From a virus (Duplodnaviria > Caudoviricetes), in the IMG/VR virus record IMGVR_UViG_3300013131_001394, positions 1 to 55,206 of that record: 55,206 bases of DNA; one strand, given 5' to 3'. Position 1 is the stretch's first letter, and each line of letters opens with the position of its first letter. This document shows, piece by piece, positions 25,604 through 40,206 of the stretch. The notes below the pieces were generated by a model. That model made no database searches. It was not told where the DNA came from and saw only the letters and a list, made by a program, of their open reading frames with translations. The translations under genes and the position numbers were made by a program.

Positions 25604-26485
25604 TTACCAGGAATTGTCTATGGTAGATCTAACCCATAAATTAGGTCCTACACAAACATATAACCAATTCGAATCATAGGCTATTTCGCCTAAAGACCCA
25701 GAACTACTATTTGTAAGAGGAACAGTAACCACAGACATAGTAGATGGTCCTGTCGCTCCTGTTGCTCCTGCCCCCGAAGGCCCGATAGGTCCAGTCGATC
25801 CTGTTGCACCTTGTGGTCCCTCGGGGCCAGTAGCACCTTGTGGTCCCTGTGGACCTGTAGCGCCTTGCGGTCCGCTAGGGCCTTGCGGTCCTGTACTTCC
25901 CGTAGCACCTCTTAATCCAGTAGCACCTGTTGGTCCTTGTGGTCCTGTAGGTCCTCGTAATCCAGAAAGCCCTTGTATACCTTGTGGTCCGCTTGGTCCG
26001 CTCGGACCATCTGGTCCTTGTGGACCTGTAACACCTTGAGGTCCTTGTGGACCTGTTGCACCACCCGGACTTCCTTGTGACCCACTAGGTCCGCTAGGCC
26101 CTTGTGGTCCTGTCGATCCAGCAATACCCTGTGGTCCAGATGGTCCTTGAGGTCCAGTTATGCTTACACCGCTAGGACCTTGAGGACCTTGAGGACCAGT
26201 AGATCCTGTAGAACCTGGGGCACCATAACCTATAGGCCCTTGTGGACCGCTTGGTCCTGTTGGTCCCGGAACCGTACTATCTGCGCCAGTAGCACCTGTC
26301 ACTCCAGTAGCACCTATATCACCTGTTATACCAGCAGGTCCAGTTGCACCTAAGAAATCATTTCCTTGTATCTGATTAATTAAGGTTTGAAATCTAATTC
26401 TTTTTGCTAGTCCATAATCGGAGACAACAAAAAATGTTTCATCAGTGGCTGTGCTTAATAATTGTATTTGCGATATTTTAGGCAT
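25604..26485 (-). CDS. Collagen-like fibre protein
   Basis: About 200 aa of G-X-Y triplets (GPQ/GPS/GAT); C-terminal [13 protein letters not shown] module. Confidence 0.9.
   Translation of the reverse strand: MPKISQIQLLSTATDETFFVVSDYGLAKRIRFQTLINQIQGNDFLGATGPAGITGDIGATGVTGATGADSTVPGPTGPSGPQGPIGYGAPGSTGSTGPQGPQGPSGVSITGPQGPSGPQGIAGSTGPQGPSGPSGSQGSPGGATGPQGPQGVTGPQGPDGPSGPSGPQGIQGLSGLRGPTGPQGPTGATGLRGATGSTGPQGPSGPQGATGPQGPQGATGPEGPQGATGSTGPIGPSGAGATGATGPSTMSVVTVPLTNSSSGSLGEIAYDSNWLYVCVGPNLWVRSTIDNSW
25746..26350 (-). repeat. Degenerate 9-bp-periodic collagen coding repeat
   Basis: Recurrent CCTTGTGGTCC / CCTTGAGGACC units; locally GC-rich. Confidence 0.85.
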
Positions 26486-26486
26486 T

Positions 26487-29400
26487 TTATAGTTCCTCTA
26501 GCGGCTCATCGTCTTGATCTGTTAGGGCAAATCCTCCCTCATTAGTTAGGGCAACATCACCTCCATAGTAATACTTATCTGGTAATTCTGCAGGTCTTGC
26601 CTGTAAGAATCTAGCAGGTACAGTGGTACTGGTCATTAATGAATAGGTAGATGTCGAGTTAACTGTATCATTCCATACATCTATAGCATCAAATTCTCTT
26701 TTTACAATTACTAATTTAATGCTTTGTTGTACACCTTCTTGTAAATTTAAATTGAGATACTGGTTCTGTATAGTAAATTCTGGTGGTACATAATTAATAC
26801 CACTATACTCATACCCGTTAAATGCATCATACTTGTCTGAATTAGTATAAATCCAGACTTGATTAGTTGATGTAATTACATAGGCTGTGCCTAACACTGT
26901 GGTAGTAGGAAGATATGATACTTCGGCTAACCATCTATTATTCCTTGCTTCTTGTGAATTTTTAATATTATTAAGGATTTCGGTATCTGTATCAATTAGG
27001 TTATTATAGTTACCTACCCAATAATCTAACCCTCCTTGATCGGGATATCTATTTAAATATCTCAGATAATAATTTGTAACTGTATTTGCATATGATGCAG
27101 GATCTGGTACTGTGGGTGATAACGGTGCACCATAATCGGGCGCATTGGGTATAGGCAAGAAATAAGGTGTGTCGTAGGTGAATTCTATATCCTGTTTGAA
27201 AGTGGCATTTTTATTTAAAATACGTCCACCATAAACTACTGTAACTTGATCCTCTAACTTTATAGGATTAGGTATAGAAGTCGTTGTACTAATTTCGTTT
27301 AGTGTAATACCATCATTAGTTACAGTGCTATATGATACAGGATTACCTAAATAATCAGTCGCTAGCGTAGATGTAGTAAATGACAATGTACTAATATAAT
27401 AAGTTGTGCTATTAGCCAGTGTATAGTGTGTCTGTTTTAATATTCTTTCAGAATACGGTACTGTTTGTTGCGATCCTTGATCAATAACTTTGGTATTCTC
27501 ATGCGAATAAAAACTAGGAGCAGTTCCTAAAGTTGCTCTCCTTAACTGACTTAACACATTAGATCCTACTTTGAAAAACTCAATACGTTCACCGTCTACA
27601 AGAATTACGCCAGGAAGATTCTTTTCAATATCCGGACTGGTCAACACATCTGCATTGTCAACATGTATTTCTGTATCATATACACTTAGTGGTCTGGTTA
27701 GATATGTAGAATTTTCCTTACTTAATCTCTTAAAATGTGTTCTATGGAAAATATCATGGAATATTCTATAACCTAATATAGTTGATGCTAATTTTTCGCT
27801 ACTAAATGTTATAATTGTAATCTCATTAGTTTCATTATGATAGAATTCATCTGAAATTTCTACTGTTACAGAATCATCTAATATCTCATAATCATAATGA
27901 TTTACTAAAGGTATACCGTCAACTATTACCCATACATAATTGCTATCAAGGGCAGGTCTACTTATCACATATCTTCTAGACGGATTACCACGGAATCGCT
28001 CTGTACGCATCAGCATATCGTCGTGATTATTGTAGGTTATAACTTTCAATTCATAAGGGTATGTAAACGATCCTGGATTTATGATTGTCAATTGACTACC
28101 AACAATATCATAATCGTATGTATATGAACCTTCCTGCGCTACAGCAGCAATTGCTATCACATCATCCTTAACTAATGGAACTAAAATATTATATGTATTA
28201 GCACCTGCTGCACTGTAATCAAAACCTCTCCTTAATTCTTTTCCATTTAGGTACACTCTAACCTGACTTAATGATCCGTAATTTACACCAGTTGTATTAA
28301 GTGTGTAAGCGGTAACTAAAGAATTTATAACTTTAAAATAACTTATATCAGGAGGTCTTAGGTATCTACGGGTACCGTTTTGGTTAACTTCAACAATTGT
28401 CTGTGCTACAACAGGTTCTATTATTCCCGGAGGATTCGCCAATGTCCAAGATGTTTCCGAAACATTTGTAACTTCTATAATTTCTTCATTTATTTCATTA
28501 AAATATCTTTGTGCTGTACCGAAAAACCATGCTGTAACGGTAGAAGTAGTAGTATCTACCAAATTATATACATTAACAGCAGCCCTGTTACTATTTTGAT
28601 TGGCCACAGTAAGCATGTATCCGTAATCAGTTGTAGTGGTAACTTCACTTATCGCAATGCCATTAACAGTAACATATGCACTCTTAACTGTACCAAATTG
28701 CGCAAGACTTACTAATTGAACTGTGCTTGTGCTACCTGTAAAACTTGTGGTATCTATAACACCTGCTTCTTTAAAGTCTCTACCGCCTCCTACACTAACA
28801 ATACTCACTCCTAATATACCTTTTATGGTTTGAGGAGGAACAATTATTTCATTCAATGTCCAATTAATGTTAAACTCGGTACTGGTTGTAAAATTAGTTG
28901 TAGAGTTATAGGTCATTAACCTGTTTTCAAAAGTTACCACTAGGCTGGAACTATTAGGAGGAGTAATACTTAATTGTCTGGTACTAGTTGATCCGGGGTA
29001 GATAACATAATAACTATTAACTACCACAGGCGCACCTTCAGGATGCTTGGTATAAACATTGATACCTACGCTTTGATTAATTTCACCTGGAACTAATTCT
29101 TCTGGAGCATAAGTGTGATTGGCACTGATAAATGACTCTCCATCTATAGTAATATCTTCAGGATTTATTCCTAGGGCTGCTACTCTTGTTCCAGTCGTCC
29201 AGCCGCCACCTTCTATAGCACTGTCTAAAATAGTAGTCTGTGTATCATATGACCAAAACTCTATACTAGCGATGCTAGTAGTATTTGTATATGTTCCTTC
29301 TACGAAAATAGTAGATATTGTAGCAGTTAACGGTAATAGGGTAGCAGTTGTAAATGTCACAGTACGAGCACTAGTGTTAACAGATTGAACTCGCGGATTA

Positions 29401-32400
29401 ATATTAAAAAATTGATTATCTAATTGCTGTCTGCTGGCACTAACTATGTTAACAAGTTGCCCAGGTTTTATACCCGTAGTGGTAGTTAATGTAAGCGTCG
29501 TGGTTCCTGAACTAGCAGTATTTGCGACTTCAATGTTTGTGTAAAATGCTATATCGTCGGCCCAGTAACTAATACCATAAGCACTAGTAGTTTCATTTCC
29601 TATGCGCTGGTCTGTTAGCCAGTTAATACCCCACTTAGTTGTGTAATTAAAAGGAAGACCTTCTACCACAGTCTTAGGAAACTCTATGCCATCCATTAAT
29701 TGTGACAATTCGTTTCCTGGCATACCGTCTGTAGGGCTATAGTATTCTAAAATACGATCAACGGCATTTAATAACGCAACATTCTTTTTATAATTTACCG
29801 TTAAAACTTGATTAGTCTTAGGCACATAGTTAATGAATATTATTTTATTATATGTCTTTTGATAATCAGTATTCGCACCTATATAATCTTTATAATAAGA
29901 AACAGTGTAGTCTGAACTTAGTACCAGTTGCCCGTCTAAAGTGATTTGAATTTGTGACTTATCAGGAACTGCAATCCATGATAATATGAATTCAGTATCT
30001 GCACCGTTACATAAAAATCTATCCTCAGTATCAATATCAAGAACTTCAGGTGCTCTAGAAGTTCTATCAAATTTCATACCTAAGGTAATTTCTCTTACGG
30101 TATCATTCGTCAATACTGCATAGCCTGTGGCTACCTTTGTAGGAGAACCTCCTCCTGATATTACAACTAACGGAGGCGTTGTATATCCAGATCCGTAGTT
30201 TGTAACTTCAAATCCTACTACAGATCCTGATCTAATAAATGCCTTAGCGGTAGCACCAGATCCTAAATCACCAGTCTGTGTAACTAGCGTTACTGTAGGT
30301 GTTTCTGTGTATCCTGTCCCCGGATCGGCTACTCTAATTTCTCCTACATAATATGTATAATTGTCAAGCCAAGATTTCCATGGGTACGTCAACATCCATG
30401 TATTAGTAGCAGTGAACTCAGAGGCAGACTGACTAGCCGGTATTGTTAAAGTATTAAATCCGTTTTTAGCATCATCATAATAAGGTGGAAAATCAAAATC
30501 TGTAATATAAGTGGCACTAGGTTCTACTTGATTATACCTTGTTGTAAAGTTTCTTATTTGAGTATGATACGGTTTAACTTCCTTGATATATGATTCATAA
30601 TATTCACTGTTTTGCAATTTATAGGTAGATCTTTGATCTAACGATCCTGCATTATTTGTTACATTAATAAAAGATGTTTTAAACGCCCAGTCCAGACGTT
30701 TTTGCTCTGTAAGAGCATATTTAACTGCCTGGAAAAATAATAAATTGTAATGTACTTTTAGATCATTAACAAAAAGATCTTCTTTTACTGCTTGTAGAAT
30801 ATTGTATGTTTCTTGATAAATTTCCGCAGACTCATCATTCCAGACTGTATCTTTAATTTTTATTGTACCGTTTTCACTATATACAATATTGTATCCTAGA
30901 CTAAATGTTCCTAAAATATTATCACTTATTTTTTCAAGAATTACATAGTTACCTTGCCCGTTATCATTTATCTTGACATACTGTCCTTGAGATATATCCT
31001 CTATCGTTTTTAACTGATATATTTCATCAAGAGTATATGCATAATCCACAAACTTGTTGTATGTCGAATCCAACCAATCAATATAATCCCAGTAAAGAGT
31101 TGTGTTATAAGATTGAGTTTCAGACAGTTCCCAGCCTAGAGTATACCCCTTATACTCGTACCTTGACCATTTACCATCTTGCGTACTATCTACTTCTACA
31201 ACTGCTGCAAAAGGTCTTACCGATAAACTAGGAGCACTAGCAAACCCAGACCCTGCATTTAAAATAATCACATCAATAACTTTTCCGTTAGCATCAATAA
31301 CAGTTTTTAATTCTGCACCGTTGTTATTATTCACTGTGATTAAGGGCGCATTAATATACCCATCTCCTGGTTCAATTATTGTTACACCAGTAATTTTACC
31401 GTTAGAAACAGAACAACTAATCTGTGCCTGTACTTTAGAATTAATATCAATAAAGTCTAACCCTTCTAGATCTTCTAGAATTATATCATATAATCCATCA
31501 GAGACATGAGGTATAGGCTCTTTAGATAGTAAATTTCGTAGACTATATTGTTCTGTTATACGCTGTGAGGATAAGACAGAGTTGATATATTCAACAACGT
31601 TGCGTAGGGCAATAAACCTATCTGCAAACAATGTTTGTCTAGGTCTAATACTAATACCATAACGTTCTCTAGCAGTAAGTGCAGGATCAGGAACCGGATT
31701 GCCTAAACTATCCCTTCCAAGCAAACTATCAAACAACTTTTTCTCTAACATCGCATTAGGCATCTGATTGGCAGATCCTTCTTGCATAAGTAACCACTCA
31801 GTATGTCGAGGTATGGGGTTGTTAATTATATCAGTTGCTATATTTAGGCTTATTCTATCATCTATTAACAGTGTACCTACGTTGGCAAGCGACAATGCAT
31901 TTTGATCCATTATTTGTCCGAACCTTAGTCCGTAAGCCGCAGGGTTTTCTATTATACTTGCCAATTGAACTGCTGTAGTTCTTCTGTTCTTTTTATTAGG
32001 TAGTATTATTCGATTCTTTACCCAGAAATAATAGACATTTGTAAATCCGCCTGTGGTAGGATTATAAACCTGCTTAACACTAAGCACATCATTCAAAGGA
32101 TGTTTAGGCTGTCCGCTTATCCCGTCCGCAAGTCCTTGAGACGTATCTGCTATAACTGCCCACTCACTAGGTAATAATTCGCTACCTACCCATTCGTAAA
32201 TGTCAATTGTGGAACCGGGAAATAATCTACCCCAATTATTTTTCCTATAACTTAGTTCGCCTTGCTCATACCATACGTATTTTGCATTGCTAGTATCCCA
32301 CCATATTTCACCGACATGATCATCTAACCAATTTGTTTCAGCATCAGTAACGGTTAATTCATTGCCTATAGAATAAACAGCAGGGTCTATATTAGACTTA

Positions 32401-35400
32401 TATTTTATATCTTCTTCGGCAACACCGGGTATTTTACCTTTTAAAGGGTCTATAATATCAAGATGTTCTAAAACTTCATCATTAAATGTATCATACAATG
32501 TTAATTTTTGTATGGTATTAATATCAACTAGTTGATCTTTACTACGTAAAATGTTCCAACTTTTATCTGCTACATTTTTCTTTCTGTATTGATAAAATGC
32601 ACTGTCTGGTAAGATACCGTCTATTACAGTTTTATATGCAGGTGCACCTACATATATAGAATCATCATTTACTGCTAGGCTAAATCCGTAATTAGTTCCT
32701 GTATTAGGATCTAATAAACTCATTTCATCTGCTAACTTAAACGTGTTCAAATACCTATTATAGACGTATGCACTTCCACTAAACTTAACAGTATCAAAAA
32801 ATGTTGTCGAGCCTGAATCAAATGTTGTACTATCGGTTAAATCACTATTAACATCTTTTACATATTTTGTTCCGTATATACTTAATGAATTTAACAAAAG
32901 TGATTCATATCTATCAAAAGTTAATTGTAAGTTTCTATTTGTACCTTGTGCTGTGACAACAAGTTCAGTATTATCTGAATTAATTCCTATTGCCTTACCG
33001 AATTTCATACCGGGACTACCGACAGGGTTTTGTATTATCGAATCTAATTCAAAATGTACAGCATCAGTTAATGTATTTTTATAAACTGCTACCTTACCGA
33101 ATGATTGATCATAGTTTCTAGAATCGGGTGCTCCTACAAAAATATACTGCCCATCTTTACTAACTGCAACTGACTCTCCAAACTTAGCATTACGTTCAAA
33201 CGGACTAGTTAAAGTTTGCAGATATGTGATATCGGTAGTGGTATACACACTAACAAAACCTGTACCTGTGTAATATCCAGGAGCCGCAACAGCAGTAACT
33301 TCGGCCAGATTAGATCCTTGTATAACTTGACCCCATCGTGATCCTACATTTACATCAAAGGGCGCTGTGATCTGTTTAACATAAGTCACATTTATCTGAG
33401 TAGAGGCTGTGGTAAAATTATAAACATAAACAGATCCTGTACCTAGTGTAGATGTAAAGGGAGCGCCTATCATTAAAACCTGTGTAGATCCGGTAGACAA
33501 ATTACTTGTATAAATGCTAGAACCAAATCTTTCATAACTTGCAGGTGTAGGACTTATTAGAGCACCTTGACTAACTTCTGTACCTGTGCCTTCAAACGTA
33601 CTAATTTTTACCAAACCTTCTTCTAACCTTGCGCTGTAAGAACCTGTATTCCCGGCAAAACGTAAACCACCGGATGAATATGACTCTCTAGTAAAACTTA
33701 CTAAAGGAGCACCTGCAAAAACGGTGCCGAATGAAGAAGTACCAAGTTGATTTGTGTGATAGGCTAACCCTTGTCCGAAATTAGTGTATCCTCCGGGCTG
33801 ATAATATGTTGTAACAAGATTATTAACCGTCCAACTGGAAATTAATTCAATGTCTGTATCCGATTCATGAAATAAAAATACAGTTCCGGTATTTGTTCCT
33901 GTACCGGAAGCACTTACAACAAAATTTCCTAAATTATCTTTACCGGTTATTTTATAGCCTAATTGTGTAGTAGTGTTAACGCTAACAGTGTTTAGACCTT
34001 GACTATTATAGTTTTTGATCTTTGCTACAACTTGCCAGTTATCTGCTCCGTCATCTATCAACCAATTCTTAGCACCGTATGGTAATTTTAATAAGAAATT
34101 ATCCCTAGGTAACTTATCAAAATTATCAAACTTAGCACTTTGAAACTTGAAAACAAGTCCCTGAGTTTCAGCAGTAAGACCTGAAAAGAAGAATGTAGAA
34201 GTGGTGCTTATTACAAAAGTGTTAATTGTAGGTACCTCTACAACTTGATAAACTCCGTTAACTGTATCACTAAATTGACTAATACTAACAATATCGAACT
34301 TAGAAATGTTATGTGCTTTTGTCGTTTTAAAGATATATCTGTCTGTAGAACCTTCCTGTAAAGTTATGCTACTTAACTTGGAACTACCTAATACATACCT
34401 AAAAACATCCCAGTCATTATTATTTTTATTAGCAATCCAGACATAGTCATCGATTAACAAACTTCTGTTATTGCTAATATCGGTGATAGAATTTGTATTG
34501 TAAGCAGTGTAATCTACATCGTCAAATCTTACGAAACCTGCCGTTTCTAATTTTAATATGTCTGGGTCATTAGTTGTGATAAAAGTGCTCGACGATATAT
34601 AGCCATCATAACTTATTAATAAATCAGTCTGTGTTGTATAATAAATTAGACTTTTATTATCGATTTCAATTTCTTCATTAAATGTTACAATTTGCGGATT
34701 ATCAACAAATTCGCCTTCTTTTAACTTAACCTCGAGTTCTTTATATGTCTCAAACGAACCGAAGTGTCCTATTCTAAATGCCCATTCTTCATTGTAACTA
34801 ATTTCACCTTGTAGATTATGAATAGCAGCCTTGGCTAATTTTTCAATAGCATTACGTGTACCTTTTTCTCTAATAAACCCTTGATAGAATTTGTATTGAG
34901 CAATAGGATTGGTAAAGATATTATTAAGATATGGACGAGGAGTATAACCTACCAGATGCTGAGCCATTCTTTGTTGGGCAGAATCAAAATTGTCAATGTC
35001 TAAACTATAGAAATCTTCAAACTGATTAATCTTATAGTCAAAATTAGGTAATAATTGTGCCACAGGCTTTTCGCCTAACAATACCCATTCAGTAAATGTA
35101 AACTTATCCGAACCTATAATATTATTTTTAGCAGTGTAATATTTTCCGTTAAATCTAACAACATCACTGGCATTGTAATTTGTGAACTTTTGCCAGTCAT
35201 TAATATATGCGGTGTCATAGACGAATCCAGGGCTAAAATAATCACCGTCCCAATCTCTAGTTCTAAATCCTGTCAATCTTACCCTACGCTGTCTATATCC
35301 TGTAGCAGTATCATATATTGTATCATTGAAGATTGTTGTATTATTAAGTACTATAGCATGTTCTTTTTGAATACTGTTTAAGGTAGCAAAGTAAAGACCA

Positions 35401-38400
35401 TCTGCTAGATTCACAGTAGACACTGTGCATAGTCCATCTTCTCTATTAACATTAATGTTATTTTTAGGAATAGGAATCCCATTTGCCTGTAGTAAACTAT
35501 AGTCGTAAAAACTATTGAATATATTATCAACAACTGTATTAGGTAATTTAAACTTAAGTTTATCTGCAAAAGGACTGAGTGTTATTACATTATTGTTCGC
35601 CCAGTTCTGACTTACCCAGTACAAGAATTCTTCGCCTGTAAATGTCCAGTCAATTACACGCAGAAGGTCTGCATTATAATCATCAAATACAAATCCTCTT
35701 GTAGTTAACCATTGGCCGTACCCTATTATTATATCGTAGACCTCTTGAATTTTGTCAAACGTAGATCCATAAGGAATGATTTCTTCTTGCTTATTAAATC
35801 CGTTCCATTTTTGAACAGTAACTCCGCCCTTAATAGGTAAAGAAGGCATGCGTTGATAATAAGCATCTTCAAATTTGTTACCGCTTCTATGACGAGTCTT
35901 AACTCTATAAAAATTATTATCGTACTTTACTATTTGTCCTACTTCATAAAATATTCCGCCTGTAGAGACTGCGGCTGTGGTAATATCTCCTACTGCCGAA
36001 CTACTTGTAGGAGCATTTGAACTGGGTTTCCAGTCGACATACGGTTCACTTATACCTCCAACATTTATAGTAGGTGTATTAATATTTCTTCGAGGCCTAA
36101 ATATTGTAAAATAAGGATCTTTCTTATCATAACCTTTTAGAACAAATAAACCATTTTGTTTTTGTACAATAATACCGCTAATACTGTTAGTGCTTACAGG
36201 ATTACTTACATTTAGGATTAATTCAAAATCCTCAGGAGGAAGTATACTACCGGGACTTGTGCTTGTAGGATCTATCGCATCAATTACTACCTGAACCTTA
36301 TCCTTGCTAATAAAACCGCCAACTTTGTAAAATAAATTAAAATCAGCATAATCTAAATCTGACCTTAATTCTTTTATATAATTACTTGTTCGAGTTAAAC
36401 CTGCTTCTACAACATATACGCCGTATCCGCTCAATAAATTACTAGTTTCAGTGTGAACAAAAATATTTTTCAAACTTAAAAAGTCTAGTGTATCACCGTA
36501 TATTAATTGTCCTGCTAAATTTAAATTAATTCTATAAGGGTCATACATGTAAGAGCAATAGTGAACAGGGCTGCATAATGCCATAACCTTTTGAACTACA
36601 AAAGGCCAGTAACTACTTCTACGCCATGCTGCTTCAGCAGGTCCGATATCACCTACTTGCCAATCTTTACTTTTTTGCCCTAATTTAATATTTTCCAAAA
36701 TAATGTCAGGCTCAATTAAATTACCTTGACTATCAGACGGAACTACATTAAGCAACCCATCTCGTTTATATATTGTATCTACACCCTGTCGAGATCCTTG
36801 TCTAATTCTCCCATCAGCAAGATCTTCCCATAAAGGCAGATTTCCCGAAGTGTAGGGGGCAACTCCGTATTGACCTTCCCACCATGAGGGTTTTTCACTA
36901 AAACCTAACATCTCCCACGGATGACTGTGTGGCCTATCTGTTCCGTAAAGATATCTATATACAGCACGCCATGATCCTGTCAAATGTGTATCAATGCTAC
37001 TGATATAAGAACCAGTGTAGTTCCATGTAAAAGGATTGGCTTCATCGAAAGCACCATTAGTTTCACTGTCTATACCATAAAATCCTGCCCACCTTACAAA
37101 ATCCTTTGTAATAATCCTGTTAATGTCTACTGTATTAAAACTATTTGTTTTAAACGCACCTGGAATAAGTTCATTATAGTCTAAAAGATCCTGTCTGTAG
37201 GTAACTTTAATATTATTGTATACACGTTTTTCAAACTCTAAGATTATGTCATCTCTATAATCATCATAACTTCTTATGATGCTGCCATCATGACATTGTA
37301 TTACATAGACAGGATCTACATAAGTGTCATCAAGGTATAGTTCGGGATTATATTTAGGATATAATCCTAACTTAGTAGGAGTAGGTGGAACATATGATCC
37401 TACAGTAGACGTATATTCAACTGTCTTAAGAATATCACCTATGTTTAATGAAGTTAAAATTTGTATAGATGCATCATTAGTAACAAATTCATAATCTTTG
37501 CCAACAATTAACTGTGTATCATTAAGGTAAACTAATACACTTTTATCGGTAAGTGTATCCAATGTAAATTCATTATTGATAGGAAATTCAATATTAGCAG
37601 GGTTGGTTACAGTCCACTCACGCTCTTTCTTGTCCGGACCATATCCTACCATGTCTGAATAATAATATGAACTTAATAAATCTTTATCTGCATTTAATTC
37701 TTTAAGTATTTGATCAACTGCTTGTGCGGGCGTTAAATCATCAGCCATATCACCCGCTTTACGTAGGAAGGCTAACTTAAATTGATTATATTGATCAGCA
37801 GCCTTATCTAGTGCTGTAATAAGACTATGTTCTTTTTTACCTAAAAACATTAAACTGAAAGCGATAGGATTAAGATTTGATATTAATCTTTTTCCATGTG
37901 TTTCAATACTATCTATATCCCTTAAATTACTTTGTCCGGGAAAACTGCCTACAAATGCAGGACTACTTTCAGTCATGCTCTTTACATGATCACTTAGTTC
38001 AGTAAAGGTAAGTGTGCCGAACTTCTGATTTAAAGGATTGTTTGTCAATGCTAAAGGAGATTCCCAATGTCCCGCTGAACCTAATGAATTATAAGTGTGT
38101 ATTTTAACAAGTACATTAGATCCTGCTGAAATATCATTGTTAAATTGAACAATAACATTTCCGTTGGATTCAGATACACTATAAGTATCAGCCAAAATTT
38201 TAGCATTATTAACAAAAACTTCTATCACATAATCTGATAAAACAGGCTTAAATGATTCAAGTTTAATTATAGCAGTATCAACTTCTAGTGTTTTAAATTC
38301 AAGTATAGGTATGCTATATTCGTTAGCGACCTGCCATGCATTTTTATAAACATCACCATCTTCGTGTGCGTATTTTACAAATGCATTGCTTGTTTTTACA

Positions 38401-40205
38401 GTAGAACCTGTGTTAAGAGTAATTACTTCATTGTTTAAATAATCTTCAAAAGTAAACCCACCTATACCTTGATTAGCATAATTTACAAAAATATTTAGAA
38501 TAGGATCAAGATATGTGCCTACTTCATATCCCAAAATCTTATTACCAGCAAAACTAGTAGATTCAAAACTATTACCGTCATTATCAAATAAATCAAATAA
38601 CGGTGCTTCATTTAGTGAGTTATGATTCTGGCCCTGCGTCCATTCCGATCCGTTAAACCACCAGTTAGTTGATTTATATTTTACACCTTGATTAACAGAA
38701 CAACAGATACCTGCCTGTGCTTCATATACTTCATTTAATTCTAAACGTTTTTTACCGTTTATATAGATAAAGTTAACTTCGTATATCTTATTTCTAACCT
38801 GCTCACCTGTATCAGCAACAAATATAACACGTTGACCTTGTTCTAACCTTACTTGATCTGCAATGTGTCCTATACTTCCTTCTACTAGACTAAATGCATC
38901 TGTTATGTAGTCATCAATCAAATCAACGTTAGGAATACCTTGCGTTCCGAAATTAAACAATGTCAGATCTGCTTTAAATTCAATAATAGGTCTTTTAGCA
39001 CGCTTATCATTAGGATAAACAGGAACTAAGTTATTAGCCTCAGCACTCTTTGTTATTACATCTCTGTGAACCCATCTATTGTATCGTGTCCAAGGATTTA
39101 AATCCCTGCTACCTCTGTTTATTGTAATATATTCTGGATTGACGGGCAGAGCGCTGTAATTGTCGAAAGGGTATACATCAAAAGGACTAGCATCAAAGTT
39201 TTCGTCGTATATTTCACTTAGGTTATCGGTTGTCACAAGACTAGCAACATCTATTAACCGAATTGCATGTCCAACACCTTCAACAAAAAATTCTTTATCT
39301 ATATAGGAAGCAGGTGTTACTGTACCTCCGAACCTAATTTTCATACCGTTCGTAAGTTCTACACCTGTACCAGATGTATATGATTGCTTTCCTACTATTT
39401 CATCATCAACATTAATAATACTATCTTCTGCGATATTTCTTACAGCGATAAGTCCTTTGGCAAGACTAGATGCATCTGCTGCATAATACAATGTGTCAGG
39501 TGTATCATCGTCTATCATCATTGTAACTACACCGCTGCTGATGCCATTATTGTTGATGTTAACATTATACGCATCGCTGCTACCCAGACTAGGTTGTGTT
39601 TTAATAAAAAACTTGTAAACAGAACTTACGTTAAAATTGTATGTATTACCCCTATATAGTATTAGTAGAGGATCTTCTGTTACACCATTAGGTGTGAATA
39701 CAAAACTAGTTTCACTATCATTGTCAGATACTGTAAATGTGCTAGTCGAATTTAGTTGTGTTCCGGTAATTGTTACTGTGTCGGCTCCATTGACTAACCA
39801 GTAATATTCTTGATAATTTACAAACTTGTCAAGATCAATATGCGGATTATATGAAGCAAAATGTGACCTGTATAACTTGTCAAAGTTACTGATATTTCCA
39901 TTATTAAAACTTATTGTATTCGATAAATCATCTATACCGATTACATCATTTACAGCATCTGAATTATTCTTAATAACTAGAGCAGGTTCGAGTTGATAAT
40001 CACGACGTAACTGGCTAGTCTCTGTCAAATAATTGTCAGTATTTTTATAGTTAGGGACTAGTTTTGATCCTATATAACCGTCAATACGCTCTAGGCTAGG
40101 TGGCTGTATGAGTTGATCAATTGTACTTGATAAAAACTTACTGTTTTTTTCCGATCTAATAAATTCAGGTAAAAGATTAACAGATTTAATACTTTTTTCA
40201 GCCAT
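26487..40205 (-). CDS. Giant (4572 aa) baseplate wedge / virion structural protein
   Basis: Uninterrupted ORF next to the gp6-like gene; [11 protein letters not shown] and EVKPYH wedge-type motifs; G.GY...P repeats; FG-GAP-like propeller. Confidence 0.8.
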   Translation of the reverse strand: MAEKSIKSVNLLPEFIRSEKNSKFLSSTIDQLIQPPSLERIDGYIGSKLVPNYKNTDNYLTETSQLRRDYQLEPALVIKNNSDAVNDVIGIDDLSNTISFNNGNISNFDKLYRSHFASYNPHIDLDKFVNYQEYYWLVNGADTVTITGTQLNSTSTFTVSDNDSETSFVFTPNGVTEDPLLILYRGNTYNFNVSSVYKFFIKTQPSLGSSDAYNVNINNNGISSGVVTMMIDDDTPDTLYYAADASSLAKGLIAVRNIAEDSIINVDDEIVGKQSYTSGTGVELTNGMKIRFGGTVTPASYIDKEFFVEGVGHAIRLIDVASLVTTDNLSEIYDENFDASPFDVYPFDNYSALPVNPEYITINRGSRDLNPWTRYNRWVHRDVITKSAEANNLVPVYPNDKRAKRPIIEFKADLTLFNFGTQGIPNVDLIDDYITDAFSLVEGSIGHIADQVRLEQGQRVIFVADTGEQVRNKIYEVNFIYINGKKRLELNEVYEAQAGICCSVNQGVKYKSTNWWFNGSEWTQGQNHNSLNEAPLFDLFDNDGNSFESTSFAGNKILGYEVGTYLDPILNIFVNYANQGIGGFTFEDYLNNEVITLNTGSTVKTSNAFVKYAHEDGDVYKNAWQVANEYSIPILEFKTLEVDTAIIKLESFKPVLSDYVIEVFVNNAKILADTYSVSESNGNVIVQFNNDISAGSNVLVKIHTYNSLGSAGHWESPLALTNNPLNQKFGTLTFTELSDHVKSMTESSPAFVGSFPGQSNLRDIDSIETHGKRLISNLNPIAFSLMFLGKKEHSLITALDKAADQYNQFKLAFLRKAGDMADDLTPAQAVDQILKELNADKDLLSSYYYSDMVGYGPDKKEREWTVTNPANIEFPINNEFTLDTLTDKSVLVYLNDTQLIVGKDYEFVTNDASIQILTSLNIGDILKTVEYTSTVGSYVPPTPTKLGLYPKYNPELYLDDTYVDPVYVIQCHDGSIIRSYDDYRDDIILEFEKRVYNNIKVTYRQDLLDYNELIPGAFKTNSFNTVDINRIITKDFVRWAGFYGIDSETNGAFDEANPFTWNYTGSYISSIDTHLTGSWRAVYRYLYGTDRPHSHPWEMLGFSEKPSWWEGQYGVAPYTSGNLPLWEDLADGRIRQGSRQGVDTIYKRDGLLNVVPSDSQGNLIEPDIILENIKLGQKSKDWQVGDIGPAEAAWRRSSYWPFVVQKVMALCSPVHYCSYMYDPYRINLNLAGQLIYGDTLDFLSLKNIFVHTETSNLLSGYGVYVVEAGLTRTSNYIKELRSDLDYADFNLFYKVGGFISKDKVQVVIDAIDPTSTSPGSILPPEDFELILNVSNPVSTNSISGIIVQKQNGLFVLKGYDKKDPYFTIFRPRRNINTPTINVGGISEPYVDWKPSSNAPTSSSAVGDITTAAVSTGGIFYEVGQIVKYDNNFYRVKTRHRSGNKFEDAYYQRMPSLPIKGGVTVQKWNGFNKQEEIIPYGSTFDKIQEVYDIIIGYGQWLTTRGFVFDDYNADLLRVIDWTFTGEEFLYWVSQNWANNNVITLSPFADKLKFKLPNTVVDNIFNSFYDYSLLQANGIPIPKNNINVNREDGLCTVSTVNLADGLYFATLNSIQKEHAIVLNNTTIFNDTIYDTATGYRQRRVRLTGFRTRDWDGDYFSPGFVYDTAYINDWQKFTNYNASDVVRFNGKYYTAKNNIIGSDKFTFTEWVLLGEKPVAQLLPNFDYKINQFEDFYSLDIDNFDSAQQRMAQHLVGYTPRPYLNNIFTNPIAQYKFYQGFIREKGTRNAIEKLAKAAIHNLQGEISYNEEWAFRIGHFGSFETYKELEVKLKEGEFVDNPQIVTFNEEIEIDNKSLIYYTTQTDLLISYDGYISSSTFITTNDPDILKLETAGFVRFDDVDYTAYNTNSITDISNNRSLLIDDYVWIANKNNNDWDVFRYVLGSSKLSSITLQEGSTDRYIFKTTKAHNISKFDIVSISQFSDTVNGVYQVVEVPTINTFVISTTSTFFFSGLTAETQGLVFKFQSAKFDNFDKLPRDNFLLKLPYGAKNWLIDDGADNWQVVAKIKNYNSQGLNTVSVNTTTQLGYKITGKDNLGNFVVSASGTGTNTGTVFLFHESDTDIELISSWTVNNLVTTYYQPGGYTNFGQGLAYHTNQLGTSSFGTVFAGAPLVSFTRESYSSGGLRFAGNTGSYSARLEEGLVKISTFEGTGTEVSQGALISPTPASYERFGSSIYTSNLSTGSTQVLMIGAPFTSTLGTGSVYVYNFTTASTQINVTYVKQITAPFDVNVGSRWGQVIQGSNLAEVTAVAAPGYYTGTGFVSVYTTTDITYLQTLTSPFERNAKFGESVAVSKDGQYIFVGAPDSRNYDQSFGKVAVYKNTLTDAVHFELDSIIQNPVGSPGMKFGKAIGINSDNTELVVTAQGTNRNLQLTFDRYESLLLNSLSIYGTKYVKDVNSDLTDSTTFDSGSTTFFDTVKFSGSAYVYNRYLNTFKLADEMSLLDPNTGTNYGFSLAVNDDSIYVGAPAYKTVIDGILPDSAFYQYRKKNVADKSWNILRSKDQLVDINTIQKLTLYDTFNDEVLEHLDIIDPLKGKIPGVAEEDIKYKSNIDPAVYSIGNELTVTDAETNWLDDHVGEIWWDTSNAKYVWYEQGELSYRKNNWGRLFPGSTIDIYEWVGSELLPSEWAVIADTSQGLADGISGQPKHPLNDVLSVKQVYNPTTGGFTNVYYFWVKNRIILPNKKNRRTTAVQLASIIENPAAYGLRFGQIMDQNALSLANVGTLLIDDRISLNIATDIINNPIPRHTEWLLMQEGSANQMPNAMLEKKLFDSLLGRDSLGNPVPDPALTARERYGISIRPRQTLFADRFIALRNVVEYINSVLSSQRITEQYSLRNLLSKEPIPHVSDGLYDIILEDLEGLDFIDINSKVQAQISCSVSNGKITGVTIIEPGDGYINAPLITVNNNNGAELKTVIDANGKVIDVIILNAGSGFASAPSLSVRPFAAVVEVDSTQDGKWSRYEYKGYTLGWELSETQSYNTTLYWDYIDWLDSTYNKFVDYAYTLDEIYQLKTIEDISQGQYVKINDNGQGNYVILEKISDNILGTFSLGYNIVYSENGTIKIKDTVWNDESAEIYQETYNILQAVKEDLFVNDLKVHYNLLFFQAVKYALTEQKRLDWAFKTSFINVTNNAGSLDQRSTYKLQNSEYYESYIKEVKPYHTQIRNFTTRYNQVEPSATYITDFDFPPYYDDAKNGFNTLTIPASQSASEFTATNTWMLTYPWKSWLDNYTYYVGEIRVADPGTGYTETPTVTLVTQTGDLGSGATAKAFIRSGSVVGFEVTNYGSGYTTPPLVVISGGGSPTKVATGYAVLTNDTVREITLGMKFDRTSRAPEVLDIDTEDRFLCNGADTEFILSWIAVPDKSQIQITLDGQLVLSSDYTVSYYKDYIGANTDYQKTYNKIIFINYVPKTNQVLTVNYKKNVALLNAVDRILEYYSPTDGMPGNELSQLMDGIEFPKTVVEGLPFNYTTKWGINWLTDQRIGNETTSAYGISYWADDIAFYTNIEVANTASSGTTTLTLTTTTGIKPGQLVNIVSASRQQLDNQFFNINPRVQSVNTSARTVTFTTATLLPLTATISTIFVEGTYTNTTSIASIEFWSYDTQTTILDSAIEGGGWTTGTRVAALGINPEDITIDGESFISANHTYAPEELVPGEINQSVGINVYTKHPEGAPVVVNSYYVIYPGSTSTRQLSITPPNSSSLVVTFENRLMTYNSTTNFTTSTEFNINWTLNEIIVPPQTIKGILGVSIVSVGGGRDFKEAGVIDTTSFTGSTSTVQLVSLAQFGTVKSAYVTVNGIAISEVTTTTDYGYMLTVANQNSNRAAVNVYNLVDTTTSTVTAWFFGTAQRYFNEINEEIIEVTNVSETSWTLANPPGIIEPVVAQTIVEVNQNGTRRYLRPPDISYFKVINSLVTAYTLNTTGVNYGSLSQVRVYLNGKELRRGFDYSAAGANTYNILVPLVKDDVIAIAAVAQEGSYTYDYDIVGSQLTIINPGSFTYPYELKVITYNNHDDMLMRTERFRGNPSRRYVISRPALDSNYVWVIVDGIPLVNHYDYEILDDSVTVEISDEFYHNETNEITIITFSSEKLASTILGYRIFHDIFHRTHFKRLSKENSTYLTRPLSVYDTEIHVDNADVLTSPDIEKNLPGVILVDGERIEFFKVGSNVLSQLRRATLGTAPSFYSHENTKVIDQGSQQTVPYSERILKQTHYTLANSTTYYISTLSFTTSTLATDYLGNPVSYSTVTNDGITLNEISTTTSIPNPIKLEDQVTVVYGGRILNKNATFKQDIEFTYDTPYFLPIPNAPDYGAPLSPTVPDPASYANTVTNYYLRYLNRYPDQGGLDYWVGNYNNLIDTDTEILNNIKNSQEARNNRWLAEVSYLPTTTVLGTAYVITSTNQVWIYTNSDKYDAFNGYEYSGINYVPPEFTIQNQYLNLNLQEGVQQSIKLVIVKREFDAIDVWNDTVNSTSTYSLMTSTTVPARFLQARPAELPDKYYYGGDVALTNEGGFALTDQDDEPLEEL

Positions 40206-40206
40206 A

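Noticed and set aside
25746-26350. Possible CRISPR array or non-coding repeat
   Set aside because: Repeats are degenerate, 9-bp periodic and in frame as Gly-X-Y; there are no unique spacers.
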